From Candidatus Tepidifontimicrobium thermophilum (lineage in GTDB: Bacteria > Sysuimicrobiota > Sysuimicrobiia > Sysuimicrobiales > Sysuimicrobiaceae), in contig JAVKHO010000010.1 of assembly GCA_031459915.1 (NCBI GenBank), positions 32,001 to 96,000 of the forward strand: a DNA stretch of 64,000 nt. The letters run 5' to 3'. Within the stretch, counting starts at the first letter, position 1; each line of letters starts with the position of its first letter. The translations under genes and the position numbers were made by a program. This document shows positions 18,740-29,212 of this stretch, in pieces. The notes beneath the pieces are model-generated. The model had not been told where the DNA came from. It saw only the letters and a list, made by a program, of their open reading frames with translations, and did not search any database.

Positions 18740-20287
18740 TTGGTGTTCCGTCACCCCACGGCGCGGGCTTTGGCGGTCCCCAGGCTGACCTCCTGTCAGC
18801 TCCTGGAGCGGTGGGCGCGGTCGGAGCCGAACCGCCCCGCCCTGGTGTGGGGACCTACCGAGCAGGTGACCACCTACGGCCAGCTGTGGGACACCAGCGG
18901 AAAGGTGGCCCGGGCGCTGCAGGAGCTGGGGCTGGAGAAGGGCGACCGCGTGGTGTTCCTGTCGCCCACCTGCCCGCAGGTCCCCGTGGCGTTTTACGGG
19001 GTACTCCGCGCGGGCGGGGTCGCAGTGCCCCTGAGCCCCCTCAGCAGGCTCCCGGAGGTCCAGCGCTGCCTGCTGGACACCGGAGCCCAGATGGTTTTGG
19101 CTTCAAAGGAGTGGGTCAGCCAGCTGCGGGAGGCCGGCGTGGCCTCTTCCCCGCGCTACGTGCTGAGCCTGGACGAGCTGGAGGAAGCCTCCGAGCCGTG
19201 GCAACAGCCGGAACCCGTGGCCCTGGACCCAGAACACGACCTGGCCTGCATCCTGTACTCCAGCGGCACCACGGGCCTTCCCAAGGGCGCGGCCCTCACC
19301 CACCGCAACGTGGTGGCAGACCTGATGGCCGGGCGGGCGGTGGGGTTCATCACGGAACGCTCCCGGTACGTGCACTTCCTGCCCCTCTGCCACTGCGCGG
19401 GCCTGCTGGCCCTGCTGAATGCGGGGGTGTGCCTGGGCGCCTGCCAGGTGCTGGTCCCGCGGTTTGACGCCCCGGAGGTGTTGCGGCTGATGGAGGCGCA
19501 CCGGGTGCGGGAGCTGTTCGCCGTACCTCCGGCCCTGCGGGAGCTGGTGGAGGCCGCGGAGCGGACGGGGTTCGCCTACCGGGGGCTGCGGTTTCTGAAC
19601 ACCGCGGCCCTGCCCCTGGACGCGGAGCTGGCGCGTCGGGCGGAGGAGGTTTTCGGCTGCCCGGCCACCGAGCACATCGGCATGACGGAGACTGCGGGAC
19701 CGATGAACATCGCGGTCCCGCCCATGAAGGTCAAACGGGGTTCGGTGGGACCTCCGGTGCCGGGGCTGGACCAGCGGGTGGTGGATCCGGAGACCGGTCG
19801 GGACCTGGAGGCGGGAGGGGTGGGCGAGCTGCTGGTGCGGGGGCCGATGGTCACCGTGGGCTACTGGAACAACCCGCAGGCCAACCAGGAGGCGTTCACG
19901 GACGGCTGGTTCCGCACGGGCGACCTGGTGCGGTTCGACGAGGACGGGTACCTGTGGTGGGTGGACCGCCGGAAGGAGATGATCAAGTACAAGGGGTACT
20001 CCATCGCGCCCGCGGAGCTGGAGGAGGTCCTGCGCCAACACCCCGCGGTGCGGGAAGCCTGCGTGGTCCCCCGGCCGGATCCTGAGCTGGGGGAGGTACC
20101 CAAGGCGTTCGTGGTCCGCAGGGCGCCGGTGAGCCCGGAGGAGCTGCTGCGGTTCGTGGAGGAGCGGGTGGCTCCCTACAAGCGGGTGCGCGAGGTGGAG
20201 TTCGTGGACGAGCTGCCCAAGTCCGCGGTGGGCAAGATCCTCCGGCGGGTGCTGGCGGAGCGTGAGCGGGCGCGCGTGGGAGGGTGA
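18740..20287 (+). CDS. AMP-forming acyl/aryl-CoA ligase
   Basis: YSSGTTGLPKG, GMTET, WFRTGD, DRRKEMIKYKG, PKSAVGKILRR. Confidence 0.9.
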   Translation: MVFRHPTARALAVPRLTSCQLLERWARSEPNRPALVWGPTEQVTTYGQLWDTSGKVARALQELGLEKGDRVVFLSPTCPQVPVAFYGVLRAGGVAVPLSPLSRLPEVQRCLLDTGAQMVLASKEWVSQLREAGVASSPRYVLSLDELEEASEPWQQPEPVALDPEHDLACILYSSGTTGLPKGAALTHRNVVADLMAGRAVGFITERSRYVHFLPLCHCAGLLALLNAGVCLGACQVLVPRFDAPEVLRLMEAHRVRELFAVPPALRELVEAAERTGFAYRGLRFLNTAALPLDAELARRAEEVFGCPATEHIGMTETAGPMNIAVPPMKVKRGSVGPPVPGLDQRVVDPETGRDLEAGGVGELLVRGPMVTVGYWNNPQANQEAFTDGWFRTGDLVRFDEDGYLWWVDRRKEMIKYKGYSIAPAELEEVLRQHPAVREACVVPRPDPELGEVPKAFVVRRAPVSPEELLRFVEERVAPYKRVREVEFVDELPKSAVGKILRRVLAERERARVGG

Positions 20288-20291
20288 GACG

Positions 20292-20570
20292 ATGATCCAG
20301 CCCCGCCCGTGGCACGGGCGTCACGCGGTGGTGACGGGCGCGAGCCGGGGGATCGGGGACACGGACTTGTTCCGGGAGGCGGCGGAGCGGGTGGTGCGGA
20401 CCACGGGCCGCAGCGACGAGTCCGCGCGGGAGGAGCTGGTGCGGTACAACCCGCAGGGCCGGCGGGTCCGGCCCGGGGAGGTGGCGGACGCGGTGGCGGG
20501 GCTGTGCCTGCGGGGTTGCGCTTCCGTCACGGGCCAGTGCCTGGTGGTGGCGGGCGGGGAAGTCATGTGA
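20292..20570 (+). pseudogene. SDR oxidoreductase remnant with a large in-frame internal deletion
   Basis: N-terminal [12 protein letters not shown] joined directly to the C-terminal DTDL...[13 protein letters not shown]...[17 protein letters not shown] and YxxxK core absent. Confidence 0.8.
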
Positions 20571-20580
20571 AGGAGGGACC

Positions 20581-21390
20581 ATGCGCGGGTCGGACGTCCG
20601 GCTTCGGCACTTCCTGTGGGACTTCCAGGACGGGGTGGCCACCGTCACCTTCAACCGTCCGGAGCGCAAGAACCCCTTCACCTTCGAGAGCTACGCGGAG
20701 CTGCGGGACACCTTCGAGTTGCTGCGGCGGGTGGAGGACGTGAAGGTGGTGGTGATCACCGGTGCCGGCGGCAACTTCTGCTCCGGCGGGGACGTGCACG
20801 AGATCATCCGCCCGCTGCTGGACATGGACGTCCGGGGCAAGCTGGCATTCACGCGGATGACCGGGGAGCTGGTGGTGGCCATGCGGCGCTGCCCGCAGCC
20901 CCTGGTGGCCGCGGTGGACGGGGTGTGCGTGGGCGCGGGTGCGGTGGTGGCCGCGGCCTGCGACCTGCGGCTGGGCACCGCCCGCAGCCGCGTGGCCTTC
21001 CTGTTCAACCGGGTGGGGCTTGCGGGATCCGACATGGGCGCCTGTGCCCTGCTGCCCCGGATCGTGGGGCTGGGCCGGGCCGCGGAGCTGCTGTACACGG
21101 GCCGGGAGATGTCGGGCGAGGAGGCGGAGCGGTGGGGGTTCTTCAACCGCCTGTGCCCTCCGGAGAGGCTGCTGCAGGAGGCCCAGGAGCTGGCCCGCCA
21201 GCTGGCCAGGGGGCCGGTCTTCGCCCACGCCATGACGAAGCGGATGCTGCACAAGGAGTGGGACATGTCCCTGGACGAGGCGGTAGAGTCGGAGGCCCAG
21301 GCGCAGGCGCTGTGCATGCTCACGCAGGACTTCGCCCGCGGCTACGAGGCCTTCGTCCAGCGCCGCCCGCCCGAGTTCCGGGGGGACTAG
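20581..21390 (+). CDS. Enoyl-CoA hydratase/isomerase family protein (type seen in aminobenzoyl-/salicylyl-CoA clusters)
   Basis: [43 protein letters not shown]. Confidence 0.85.
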   Translation: MRGSDVRLRHFLWDFQDGVATVTFNRPERKNPFTFESYAELRDTFELLRRVEDVKVVVITGAGGNFCSGGDVHEIIRPLLDMDVRGKLAFTRMTGELVVAMRRCPQPLVAAVDGVCVGAGAVVAAACDLRLGTARSRVAFLFNRVGLAGSDMGACALLPRIVGLGRAAELLYTGREMSGEEAERWGFFNRLCPPERLLQEAQELARQLARGPVFAHAMTKRMLHKEWDMSLDEAVESEAQAQALCMLTQDFARGYEAFVQRRPPEFRGD

Positions 21391-21392
21391 GG

Positions 21393-22574
21393 TTGGAGCT
21401 GCACCACCTGCGGTGGCCTTTCTTCGACGCCCACCACCGGGCGCTGGCCGAGGACCTGCGGGCGTGGGCAGCCCGGGAGCTCGGGGACCTGGTGGAGCGG
21501 GAGGAGCTGGACCCCGACGGGGCGGCGCGGGAGCTGGTGTGCAGGCTCGGTCAGGCGGGGTGGCTCCGGTACTGCGTGCCCGCGGCGTACGGAGGTGTGC
21601 ACGCCCGAGTGGACGTGCGGAGCCTGTGCCTGGCCCGGGAGATCCTGGCGTACCACAGCGGCCTTGCGGACTTCGCGTTCGCCATGCAGGGGCTCGGCAG
21701 CGTGCCCATCGCCCTGTTCGGGAGCGAGGAGCTCCGAGCCCGCTACCTGCCCGGGGTGGCCCGGGGTGAGCGCATCGCCGCCTTCGCCCTTTCGGAGCCA
21801 CAGGCGGGCTCAGACGTGGCGGCCATCCAGACCACGGCCCGACGGGTGGGGGATCACTACGAGCTCGTGGGCACGAAGACGTGGATCTCCAACGCGGGGC
21901 TGGCGCACCAGTACGTGGTGTTCGCACGCACCGGCCCCGGCAAGGAAGGGCTCACGGCCTTTGTGGTGGACGGCCACGCGGAGGGACTGCAGGTGTCCAG
22001 CCGCATCCGTACCCTGAGCCCCCACCCCCTCGGCACCCTGACCCTGGACGGCTGCCGGGTCCCGGCAACGCACCGCCTGGGCGAAGAAGGCCAGGGGTAC
22101 GCGGTGGCCCTGCGGACCCTGGATACCTTCCGGGCCACGGTAGGGGCCGCGGCGGTGGGCTTTGCCCGCAGGGCCCTGGACGAGGCGGCCGGCTACAGCC
22201 GGCAGCGCGTGGCCTTCGGCCAGAGGCTGTCGGACTTCCAGCTGGTGCGGTGGAAGCTGGCGTGGATGGCCACGGAGCTGGACGCCAGCGCGCTGCTGGT
22301 GTACCGGGCCGCGTGGGCCCACGACTGCGACGCGGGCCGGGGGCCCCAGGACAGCTCGATGGCCAAGCTGTACGCCACGGAAGCCGCCCAGCGGGTGGTG
22401 GACGAGGCGGTCCAGCTGCACGGGGCGTGGGGCGTGGTGGCGGGAAGCAGGGTGGAGCGCCTGTACCGGGACGTGCGGGCCCTGCGCATCTACGAGGGGA
22501 CCTCGGAGATCCAGGCCCTGGTGGTGGGCCGGCAGGTGGTGCGGGAGAGCCCCCGGCAGGAGGTGGCGCGGTGA
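21393..22574 (+). CDS. Acyl-CoA dehydrogenase
   Basis: [49 protein letters not shown] start. Confidence 0.9.
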   Translation: MELHHLRWPFFDAHHRALAEDLRAWAARELGDLVEREELDPDGAARELVCRLGQAGWLRYCVPAAYGGVHARVDVRSLCLAREILAYHSGLADFAFAMQGLGSVPIALFGSEELRARYLPGVARGERIAAFALSEPQAGSDVAAIQTTARRVGDHYELVGTKTWISNAGLAHQYVVFARTGPGKEGLTAFVVDGHAEGLQVSSRIRTLSPHPLGTLTLDGCRVPATHRLGEEGQGYAVALRTLDTFRATVGAAAVGFARRALDEAAGYSRQRVAFGQRLSDFQLVRWKLAWMATELDASALLVYRAAWAHDCDAGRGPQDSSMAKLYATEAAQRVVDEAVQLHGAWGVVAGSRVERLYRDVRALRIYEGTSEIQALVVGRQVVRESPRQEVAR

Positions 22575-23338
22575 ACAACCAGGACGAGGCGATCCGGGTC
22601 CGTAGGGAGGACGGCGCGTGGTGGGTCACCCTAAACCGCCCGCCCCACAACGTGCTGACCACCGCGGTGATGCGGAAGCTAGAGGGTGCGCTGCGGGAGG
22701 CGTTCGCAGACCCCGCCGCGCGGGTCGTGGTCCTGACCGCGGAGGGACGGTCGTTCTGCGCGGGCGTGGACGTGGCGGAGCACACCGCGGAGAAGGTCCA
22801 CGAGATGCTGGAGGCTTTCCACACCCTGTGCCGCACCCTCGTGGACGCGGACGTACCCACCGTGGCCGCGGTGGGAGGCGCGGCCCTGGGTGGAGGGTGT
22901 GAGCTGGTGGCGCTGTGCGACGTGGTGGTGGCTTCCGAGAGCGCCACCTTCGGCCAGCCTGAAGTACGGGTTGGGGTCTTCCCGCCCGTGGCGGCGGCGG
23001 CCTTCCTGACCCTCCTGGGCAAGCAGGCGGTGGTCCCCGTGCTCACGGGAGAGGTCCTGACCGCGCGGCAGGCCCGCGAACTGGGCCTGGTCACCGACGT
23101 GGTGGCCGCGGAGGAGATGGAGCAGGCGGTGCGCAGGCGGGTAGAACAGCTCAGTGCCCACAGCGCCGCGGTCCTGCGCCTGGCCAAGCGGGCAGCCTTG
23201 GGTTCTTTCCGGCACGCCTTCCACCAGGCGCTGGAAGAGGCCGAGCGCGTGTACGAGGAGCTCATGCGAACCGAGGACGCCCACGAGGGGCTGCGGGCGT
23301 TTCTCGAAAAACGCAAGCCCACTTGGCAACACCGGTAG
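22571..23338 (+). CDS. Crotonase, cyclohexa-1,5-dienecarbonyl-CoA hydratase (Dch/BzdW)-like
   Basis: [39 protein letters not shown]; adjacent to bcr genes. Confidence 0.7.
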   Translation: MNNQDEAIRVRREDGAWWVTLNRPPHNVLTTAVMRKLEGALREAFADPAARVVVLTAEGRSFCAGVDVAEHTAEKVHEMLEAFHTLCRTLVDADVPTVAAVGGAALGGGCELVALCDVVVASESATFGQPEVRVGVFPPVAAAAFLTLLGKQAVVPVLTGEVLTARQARELGLVTDVVAAEEMEQAVRRRVEQLSAHSAAVLRLAKRAALGSFRHAFHQALEEAERVYEELMRTEDAHEGLRAFLEKRKPTWQHR

Positions 23339-23354
23339 GAGGAGGCGACTGGCA

Positions 23355-24077
23355 ATGGGAGTGGGGCGGGCGCAGATGGTACCGGGACCCCGGCTGACCG
23401 CGGACGCGGTGCGGGTCCTGCGAGAGGCGCTAGAGCGGGCCGGGGAAGCCGTCATGGTGGTGGACGGCCGGCAGCGGGTGGTGCTGTGGAACACGGCTGC
23501 GGAACGGCTTTTGGGCTGGCGGAAGGAGGACGTGCTGGGCCGGCCGTGTTACCGGGTGGTCACCGGACACGACCGAACCGGCCACCTGGTGTGCTGCCCA
23601 GGGTGCCCGGAGTTCGTGATGGCCCGCACGGGCGAGCCCATCCCGCCCCGGGACGTGTGCTACCGGAGCCGGGAGGGCCGGTACGTCTGGGTGAACCAGA
23701 GCACCCTGGTGGTGCGGTTCGGGCCGGACGAGGACGAACACTGGGTCGTACACCTGTTCAGGGACATCACCCACCAGCGCCGGGTGGAGGAGCTGGTGGA
23801 CCTGCTCACCCAGCGGGAGGGGTTCGACGCCGGGGCCGCGGCTAGCCAGCCCCTCACCCGGAGGGAGCGGGAGGTGCTGAGCCTGCTGGCTCAGGGGATG
23901 GACACCCAGGCCATCGCCCGGGCCCTGTTCCTGTCTACCGCCACCGTGCGCAACCACGTGCAGAACCTCATGCGCAAGCTGGGCGCCCACACCCGGGCCG
24001 AGGCGGTGGCGCGCGCGTTGAAGGAGGGCCTGTTCCCCCGCAACGCCCTGGTGGATCAGACGCACCACGAAAGATGA
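23355..24077 (+). CDS. One-component PAS + LuxR HTH regulator with Cys-rich PAS
   Basis: WNTAAERLLGW PAS, PC-x14-CCPGC, LTRREREVL..TVRNHVQN LuxR HTH; no receiver domain. Confidence 0.88.
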   Translation: MGVGRAQMVPGPRLTADAVRVLREALERAGEAVMVVDGRQRVVLWNTAAERLLGWRKEDVLGRPCYRVVTGHDRTGHLVCCPGCPEFVMARTGEPIPPRDVCYRSREGRYVWVNQSTLVVRFGPDEDEHWVVHLFRDITHQRRVEELVDLLTQREGFDAGAAASQPLTRREREVLSLLAQGMDTQAIARALFLSTATVRNHVQNLMRKLGAHTRAEAVARALKEGLFPRNALVDQTHHER

Positions 24078-24090
24078 AGCATCCGGACCA

Positions 24091-24135
24091 TTGGACTTGC
24101 GCGTCTTAGAGGGTACGGTTTGACTGACCGGTCGG
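24091..24135 (+). promoter_or_regulatory. Putative bcr promoter (TTGGAC-17-TACGGT) immediately followed by operator TTGACTGACCGGTCGG
   Basis: -35 at 24091-24096, -10 at 24114-24119, operator 24120-24135 over the expected +1. Confidence 0.6.
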
Positions 24136-24151
24136 ATAAGAGGGTTACGCC

Positions 24152-25309
24152 ATGGAGCTGGAGCGGATCTTCGACGACCTGAGGGCCCTGGTGGAGGACC
24201 CCTCGTTCCCCGCGGTGCGGCGGTGGCTGGAGGCGAATCCCCAGGGCAAGGTGGTGGGCCACTTCCAGGTGTTCTTCCCCGAGGAGGTAGCCCACGCGGC
24301 AGGCCTGCTGCCCGTGAAGATCGCGGGCGCGGGCGGGACCGTCCAGGTGCGGCAGGCGGACGCCCGCATCGCCGCCTTCGTGTGCTCCATCGTCCGCAGC
24401 TCCCTGGAGCTGGCGCTGTCGGGGCGGCTGGACTTCCTGAGCCTCATGGTGGTGCCCAACATCTGCGACGCCGCCCGCAACGGCTGCGGGGTGTGGGTGC
24501 GCAGCTTCCCCCAGATGCGGGTGGAGACCCTCTACCACCCGCACAACGCCAGCAGCGCTTACGCGGTGGACTACCTGGTGGGGGAGTACCGCCGCATCGG
24601 CCGCGTGATCGAGGAGCTGAGCGGCCGCCCCATCACCGACGACGCCCTGCGGGCCAGCATCGCCCTGTTCAACGAGAACCGCAGGCTGCTGCGGGAGGTG
24701 TACCGGATCAAGCGGGAGACCCCGTGGCTGCTGAGCGCGGTCGAAAGCTACCTGCTGGTGCGCTCCGCGGGCCTGATGCCCCGGGAGGAGCACAACGCCC
24801 TGCTGCGGCGCGTGCTGGAGCTAGTGCCCCAGCGGCCCGCCAAGAAGCAGGACCGCATCCGGGTGGTGTTGGAGGGCGGGTTCTGCGAGCAGCCGCCGCT
24901 GGACATGCTGGCGGTGATCCAGAACGCCTGCTACATCGTGGACGACGACCTCATGATCGGGCTGCGGTGGATCACCGAGGACGTCCCCCTGGACGGTGAC
25001 CCCTGGCGGAACCTGGCCGACAGCTACCTCAACCGCAGCAGCTACAGCCCCGTGCAGCGGGACCCCCGCAAGCCCAAGGCGGAGATGCTCCTGCGGCGGA
25101 TCCGGGAGGCGGGGGCGGAGGCCGCCATCGTGGCCGCGGCCAAGATGTGCGAGCCCGGGCTGGAGGAGCAGGTGAACTACAGCCGGGCCCTGGACGCCGC
25201 GGGGATCCCGCACCTGGTGATGGAGTTCGAGGAGACCATGACGGTGTTCGAGCAGGTGGGCATGGAAGTGGAGACCTTCGCGGAGTCGTTGCTGTTCCAG
25301 TTTGCGTGA
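24152..25309 (+). CDS. bcrC: Class I benzoyl-CoA reductase subunit (BcrC/BzdN-like; HGD-D family)
   Basis: [50 protein letters not shown]. Confidence 0.8.
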   Translation: MELERIFDDLRALVEDPSFPAVRRWLEANPQGKVVGHFQVFFPEEVAHAAGLLPVKIAGAGGTVQVRQADARIAAFVCSIVRSSLELALSGRLDFLSLMVVPNICDAARNGCGVWVRSFPQMRVETLYHPHNASSAYAVDYLVGEYRRIGRVIEELSGRPITDDALRASIALFNENRRLLREVYRIKRETPWLLSAVESYLLVRSAGLMPREEHNALLRRVLELVPQRPAKKQDRIRVVLEGGFCEQPPLDMLAVIQNACYIVDDDLMIGLRWITEDVPLDGDPWRNLADSYLNRSSYSPVQRDPRKPKAEMLLRRIREAGAEAAIVAAAKMCEPGLEEQVNYSRALDAAGIPHLVMEFEETMTVFEQVGMEVETFAESLLFQFA

Positions 25310-25320
25310 GGGGGTGCGGT

Positions 25321-26619
25321 GTGAGTACGTCGGCGCAGGAGATCCTGGGCACAAGCCGCCGGGAGGGCCGGCGGCTGATGGACCTTTGGTGGCAGCGGAT
25401 GACGGAGGCGGCCCAGACGGGACACCCCGCTGCGTACGTGTTCGTGATGGCGCCTCTTTCGGAGCTGCTCCTGACCTTCGACTTCGTCATCAACGCCCCG
25501 GAGATCACCTCCCTGCAGACCGCCATCCGGGGCCAGTCGCAGGCATACATCCAGCTGGCGGAGGACTACGGGTTCTCGCCCGACATCTGCGGGTACGTGA
25601 AGGCGGACGTGGGGGTGCAGCTCAAGCAGGGCGAGCACCCCTACGGGCGGGTCCCGAAGCCAGCCCTGGTGGTCACCAACAACGTGTGCAACACGTACAT
25701 CAAGTGGGCGGAGTTCTGGGAACACTACTACGGCTGTCCGGTGTTCACCTTCGACCTGCCCGGCTGGCGGGGCCGGGAGTCGCTGCGGGAGGGCACGGAG
25801 GCCTTCCGCGAGACCTTCGAGAACGACTGTCGCTACGTCCTGGGCCAACTGCGGGAGCTCGTCGAGCTGTGCGAGCGGGTCACCGGAAAGCCCTTCGACA
25901 TCGACCGGTTCCGGGAGCACCTGCGGGAGGCCAACCGCATGGCAGAGCTGTACCACGCGGTGTGCGACACGAACCGCCACGTCCCCGCCCCCTTCAACGC
26001 GCCCCTGGAGGGCGTCACCTACCAGGGGATCGCCAACCTGTACCGGGGGACCCCCGAGGGCACCCGGTACTTCGAGCTGGCCCTGGAGGAGATGCGGGAG
26101 CGGGTGCGGCTGGGGATGGCGGCAGTGCCGGACGAGCGGTTCCGGCTGGTGCTGGTGGGGACCGCCTGCTACAGCCACTTCCGCCGGTTCGTGGAGCTGT
26201 TCAGCTCCTGGGGCGGGGTGTTCGTGCACAGCACCTACATGGTGTTCGCGGGCGGAGGCTTCCTGCCGGGCTTCCGCTACGACCTCAGCCGGCCCCTGGA
26301 GAGCTTCGCGGAGCAGATGGTGCGGGCCACGTACTGGGGCTGGACCGGCGCCATGTTCTACCAGCAGGAGTGGCTGGACCAGGTGGTGCGGGACTGGAAG
26401 GTGGACGGCATCTGCTTCCACGGGGTGAAGAGCTGCCGGACGACCAGCACGGGGCTGCCGGACGTGCGGGAGTGGATGCGGGTGCAGCGGAACGTGCCAG
26501 GTCTGTTCATCCAGTCGGACCTGGTGGACCCGCGGCTGTGGTCGGACGCGCAGATCAAGAACCGTGTGGACGCGTTCTTCGAGGCGCTGGCGGCGCACAA
26601 GGCTACGGCGGGGAGGTGA
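25321..26619 (+). CDS. bcrB: Class I benzoyl-CoA reductase subunit (BcrB/BzdO-like)
   Basis: [46 protein letters not shown]. Confidence 0.8.
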   Translation: MSTSAQEILGTSRREGRRLMDLWWQRMTEAAQTGHPAAYVFVMAPLSELLLTFDFVINAPEITSLQTAIRGQSQAYIQLAEDYGFSPDICGYVKADVGVQLKQGEHPYGRVPKPALVVTNNVCNTYIKWAEFWEHYYGCPVFTFDLPGWRGRESLREGTEAFRETFENDCRYVLGQLRELVELCERVTGKPFDIDRFREHLREANRMAELYHAVCDTNRHVPAPFNAPLEGVTYQGIANLYRGTPEGTRYFELALEEMRERVRLGMAAVPDERFRLVLVGTACYSHFRRFVELFSSWGGVFVHSTYMVFAGGGFLPGFRYDLSRPLESFAEQMVRATYWGWTGAMFYQQEWLDQVVRDWKVDGICFHGVKSCRTTSTGLPDVREWMRVQRNVPGLFIQSDLVDPRLWSDAQIKNRVDAFFEALAAHKATAGR

Positions 26620-26621
26620 GC

Positions 26622-27461
26622 GTGAAGATGTGGGGTGCCAGGAAGGTGGTGGCGGGGGTGGACGTGGGGTCCACCCAGACCAAGGCGGTGATCCTGAGCC
26701 CGGAGCGCGAGATCGTGGGCCGGGCCCTGGTGGACACGGGGGCGCGGCTGAACGAGGCGGCCCGGGCCGCCTTCGAGGCTGCCCTGGAGGAAGCGGGGCT
26801 GTCCCCGGAGGACGTGGAGTACACCGTGGGCACCGGCTACGGCCGCTTCAAGGTGGAGTTCGGGGACACCCAGGTGACGGAGATCAGCTGCCACGCCCGG
26901 GGAGCGTGCTTTTTGTTCCCCAACACCCGCACGGTGCTGGACATCGGCGGCCAGGACACCAAGGCCATCCGGGTGGGGCCCGGGGGGGAGGTGCTGGACT
27001 TCTGCATGAACGACAAGTGCTCTGCGGGCACGGGCCGGTTCCTGGGGGCGGCGTCTGCGGCCCTGGAGATCCCCCTGGGGGAGCTGGGCCCCCTGGCTCT
27101 GACGGCCCGCAACCCCGTGACCATCACCACCACGTGCACGGTGTTCGCGGAGTCGGAGATCCTGGGTTGGCTGGCGAGGGGGCGCAAGGTGGAGGACATC
27201 CTCATGGGGGTGCACGCCTCCATCGCGTCGCGCAGCCTGTCCCTGCTTCGCCGGGTCGGGATCGAGCCCGAGCTCACCTTCACGGGCGGCGTGGCCCGCA
27301 ACGTGGCCATGGTGCACCTGATCCGGGAGATGAGCGGGGTTCCGGTGAACGTCAGCGAGGAGTCCCACTTCTGTGGCGCCATCGGCGCCGCCCTGTTCGC
27401 CCTGGACCACGTCCTGCTGGGCGAGCGGGCGGGGGCGGCCGTGGCCGCGGGAGGGCAGTAG
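26622..27461 (+). CDS. BCR ATP-dependent activase subunit (short BcrA/BzdQ-like)
   Basis: [52 protein letters not shown]. Confidence 0.85.
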   Translation: MKMWGARKVVAGVDVGSTQTKAVILSPEREIVGRALVDTGARLNEAARAAFEAALEEAGLSPEDVEYTVGTGYGRFKVEFGDTQVTEISCHARGACFLFPNTRTVLDIGGQDTKAIRVGPGGEVLDFCMNDKCSAGTGRFLGAASAALEIPLGELGPLALTARNPVTITTTCTVFAESEILGWLARGRKVEDILMGVHASIASRSLSLLRRVGIEPELTFTGGVARNVAMVHLIREMSGVPVNVSEESHFCGAIGAALFALDHVLLGERAGAAVAAGGQ

Positions 27462-27463
27462 CC

Positions 27464-28267
27464 ATGCTGGTGGCCGGGATCGACGTGGGCGCCACCTACA
27501 CGAAGGTGGTGCTGTGCCACGACGGGAAGGTGTTGGGCCGCAGCCTGTCGCCCACGGGGTTCAACTTCGCCCGGGCCGCGGAGCGGGGGCTTTCGGCAGC
27601 CCTGGAGAGTGCGGGGCTCCGGCGCGAGGACGTGGACTACGTGGCCGCCACCGGCTACGGCCGCCACATGGTCCCCTTCCGGGACCTCGCGCTCACCGAC
27701 CTCACGGCGCAGGCGTGGGCCATCCACCGCCTGTACCCCGACGCCCGGACCATCCTGGACATCGGCGGGCAGAACGTGAAGGCCATCCGGGTGGACGAGC
27801 GGGGTCGGGTGCGGGCCTTCCGGCTGAACGACAAGTGCGCGGCGGGCAGCGGGGCGTTCCTCGAGAAGACCATGCGCTACATGGGCTACACCGCCGCGGA
27901 CATCGCCCGCCTGGCGGAGGCGGCCCAGGACCCCGCGGTGGTGAGCAGCGTGTGCGCGGTGTTCGCGGAGAGTGAGGTGATCAACCACCTGGTGGCCGGT
28001 CGCAGCGCGGAGGACGTGTGCGCGGGCGCCATCGTGGCCCTGGCCGGCCGGGCCGGCCAGTTGGTGAAGCGCCTGCGGGGCGAACCCCAGTACGTGCTGA
28101 CCGGAGGCCTCACCCGGGTCCCGCTGATGCGCCGGTGCCTGGAGCAGGACCTGCGGGTGAGCTTCGTGGTCCCGCCGGAAGAGGAGGGGGTGTACGCGGC
28201 GGCCCTCGGGGCGGCCCAGCTGGCCCAGGAACGGCTTCGCCGGACCGCGCAGCGGGCCACCGCCTGA
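27464..28267 (+). CDS. BCR ATP-dependent activase subunit (BcrD/BzdP-like)
   Basis: GIDVGATYTK, ATGYGR, DIGGQN, NDKCAAGSGAFLE, CAVFAESE. Confidence 0.85.
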   Translation: MLVAGIDVGATYTKVVLCHDGKVLGRSLSPTGFNFARAAERGLSAALESAGLRREDVDYVAATGYGRHMVPFRDLALTDLTAQAWAIHRLYPDARTILDIGGQNVKAIRVDERGRVRAFRLNDKCAAGSGAFLEKTMRYMGYTAADIARLAEAAQDPAVVSSVCAVFAESEVINHLVAGRSAEDVCAGAIVALAGRAGQLVKRLRGEPQYVLTGGLTRVPLMRRCLEQDLRVSFVVPPEEEGVYAAALGAAQLAQERLRRTAQRATA

Positions 28268-28292
28268 GCGGAGCCAGGAGGGAGGTGGGCGG

Positions 28293-29165
28293 ATGGAGGA
28301 CGTGCGGGCCATCGACTTCATGTACTACGTAGCGACCCCGGAGTTCATCGCGCGGTGGAACAAGGCCAAGGAGGGGGAGCTGGTCTGCCGCATGGAGCGG
28401 GCCCTGGGCGGCAGCCTGCCCAGCTTCCCCAGCTTCGAGGCCATGCTGGCGGCCATGGACGAGGCCGGGGTGGAGAAGGTGTTCATCACCCAGTGCAAGA
28501 TGTGGTCCCACCGCAACCACTGGATGTACATGGACACCCGGCTGGAGGAGGTCCTGCAGTACACCACCCGCTACCCCGACCGGTTCGTGGGGCTGGCGGG
28601 CTACAACCCGTACCGGATCACGGAGAGCCTGCAGGAGATCGAGCGGGCGGTCAAGCAGCACGGGTTCAAGGGGGTGTACGTCCACATCTACGGCTTCGAC
28701 ATCCCCCTCCACGACCGACGCATGTACCCCCTGTACGCCAAGTGCGTGGAGCTGGACGTCCCGGTGTCCATGCAGGTGGGACACGTGCTGGAGGGCATGC
28801 CCTCGGAGCACGGCCGTCCGATTTACCTGGACCGGATCCTCTGCGACTTCCCGACCCTGAAGGTGGTGGGGGCCCACACGGGCTGGCCCTGGGTGGAGGA
28901 GCTCATCTCCGTGTGCTACAAGTGGGAGACCGTGTGGATCGGCATCGACGCATGGATGCCCAAGTACCTGAAGCCGGAGCTGGTGCAGTTCATGAACAGC
29001 CGCCTGGGCCAGGACCGGTGCCTGTGGGGGACCAACGGGCTGCCGTGGAAGCAGAGCCTGGAGCAGCTCCGGGCCCTGGGGCTGAAGCCTGAGGTGTACC
29101 GGAAGGTGGTGCGGGACAACGCCGTCGAACTGTTCCGGCTGGAGGTCCCCGTGCGGGCCGGCTAG
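28293..29165 (+). CDS. Amidohydrolase-2 family metallohydrolase (candidate ring-cleaving hydrolase)
   Basis: PDRFVG, MYPLYAKCVELDVPV, DFPTLKVVGAHTGWPW, LWGTN. Confidence 0.8.
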   Translation: MEDVRAIDFMYYVATPEFIARWNKAKEGELVCRMERALGGSLPSFPSFEAMLAAMDEAGVEKVFITQCKMWSHRNHWMYMDTRLEEVLQYTTRYPDRFVGLAGYNPYRITESLQEIERAVKQHGFKGVYVHIYGFDIPLHDRRMYPLYAKCVELDVPVSMQVGHVLEGMPSEHGRPIYLDRILCDFPTLKVVGAHTGWPWVEELISVCYKWETVWIGIDAWMPKYLKPELVQFMNSRLGQDRCLWGTNGLPWKQSLEQLRALGLKPEVYRKVVRDNAVELFRLEVPVRAG

Positions 29166-29212
29166 GCGTCGTCTGCGGCCGGGACCCCGACCATCCTGAG
29201 GCGGAGGGGAGC

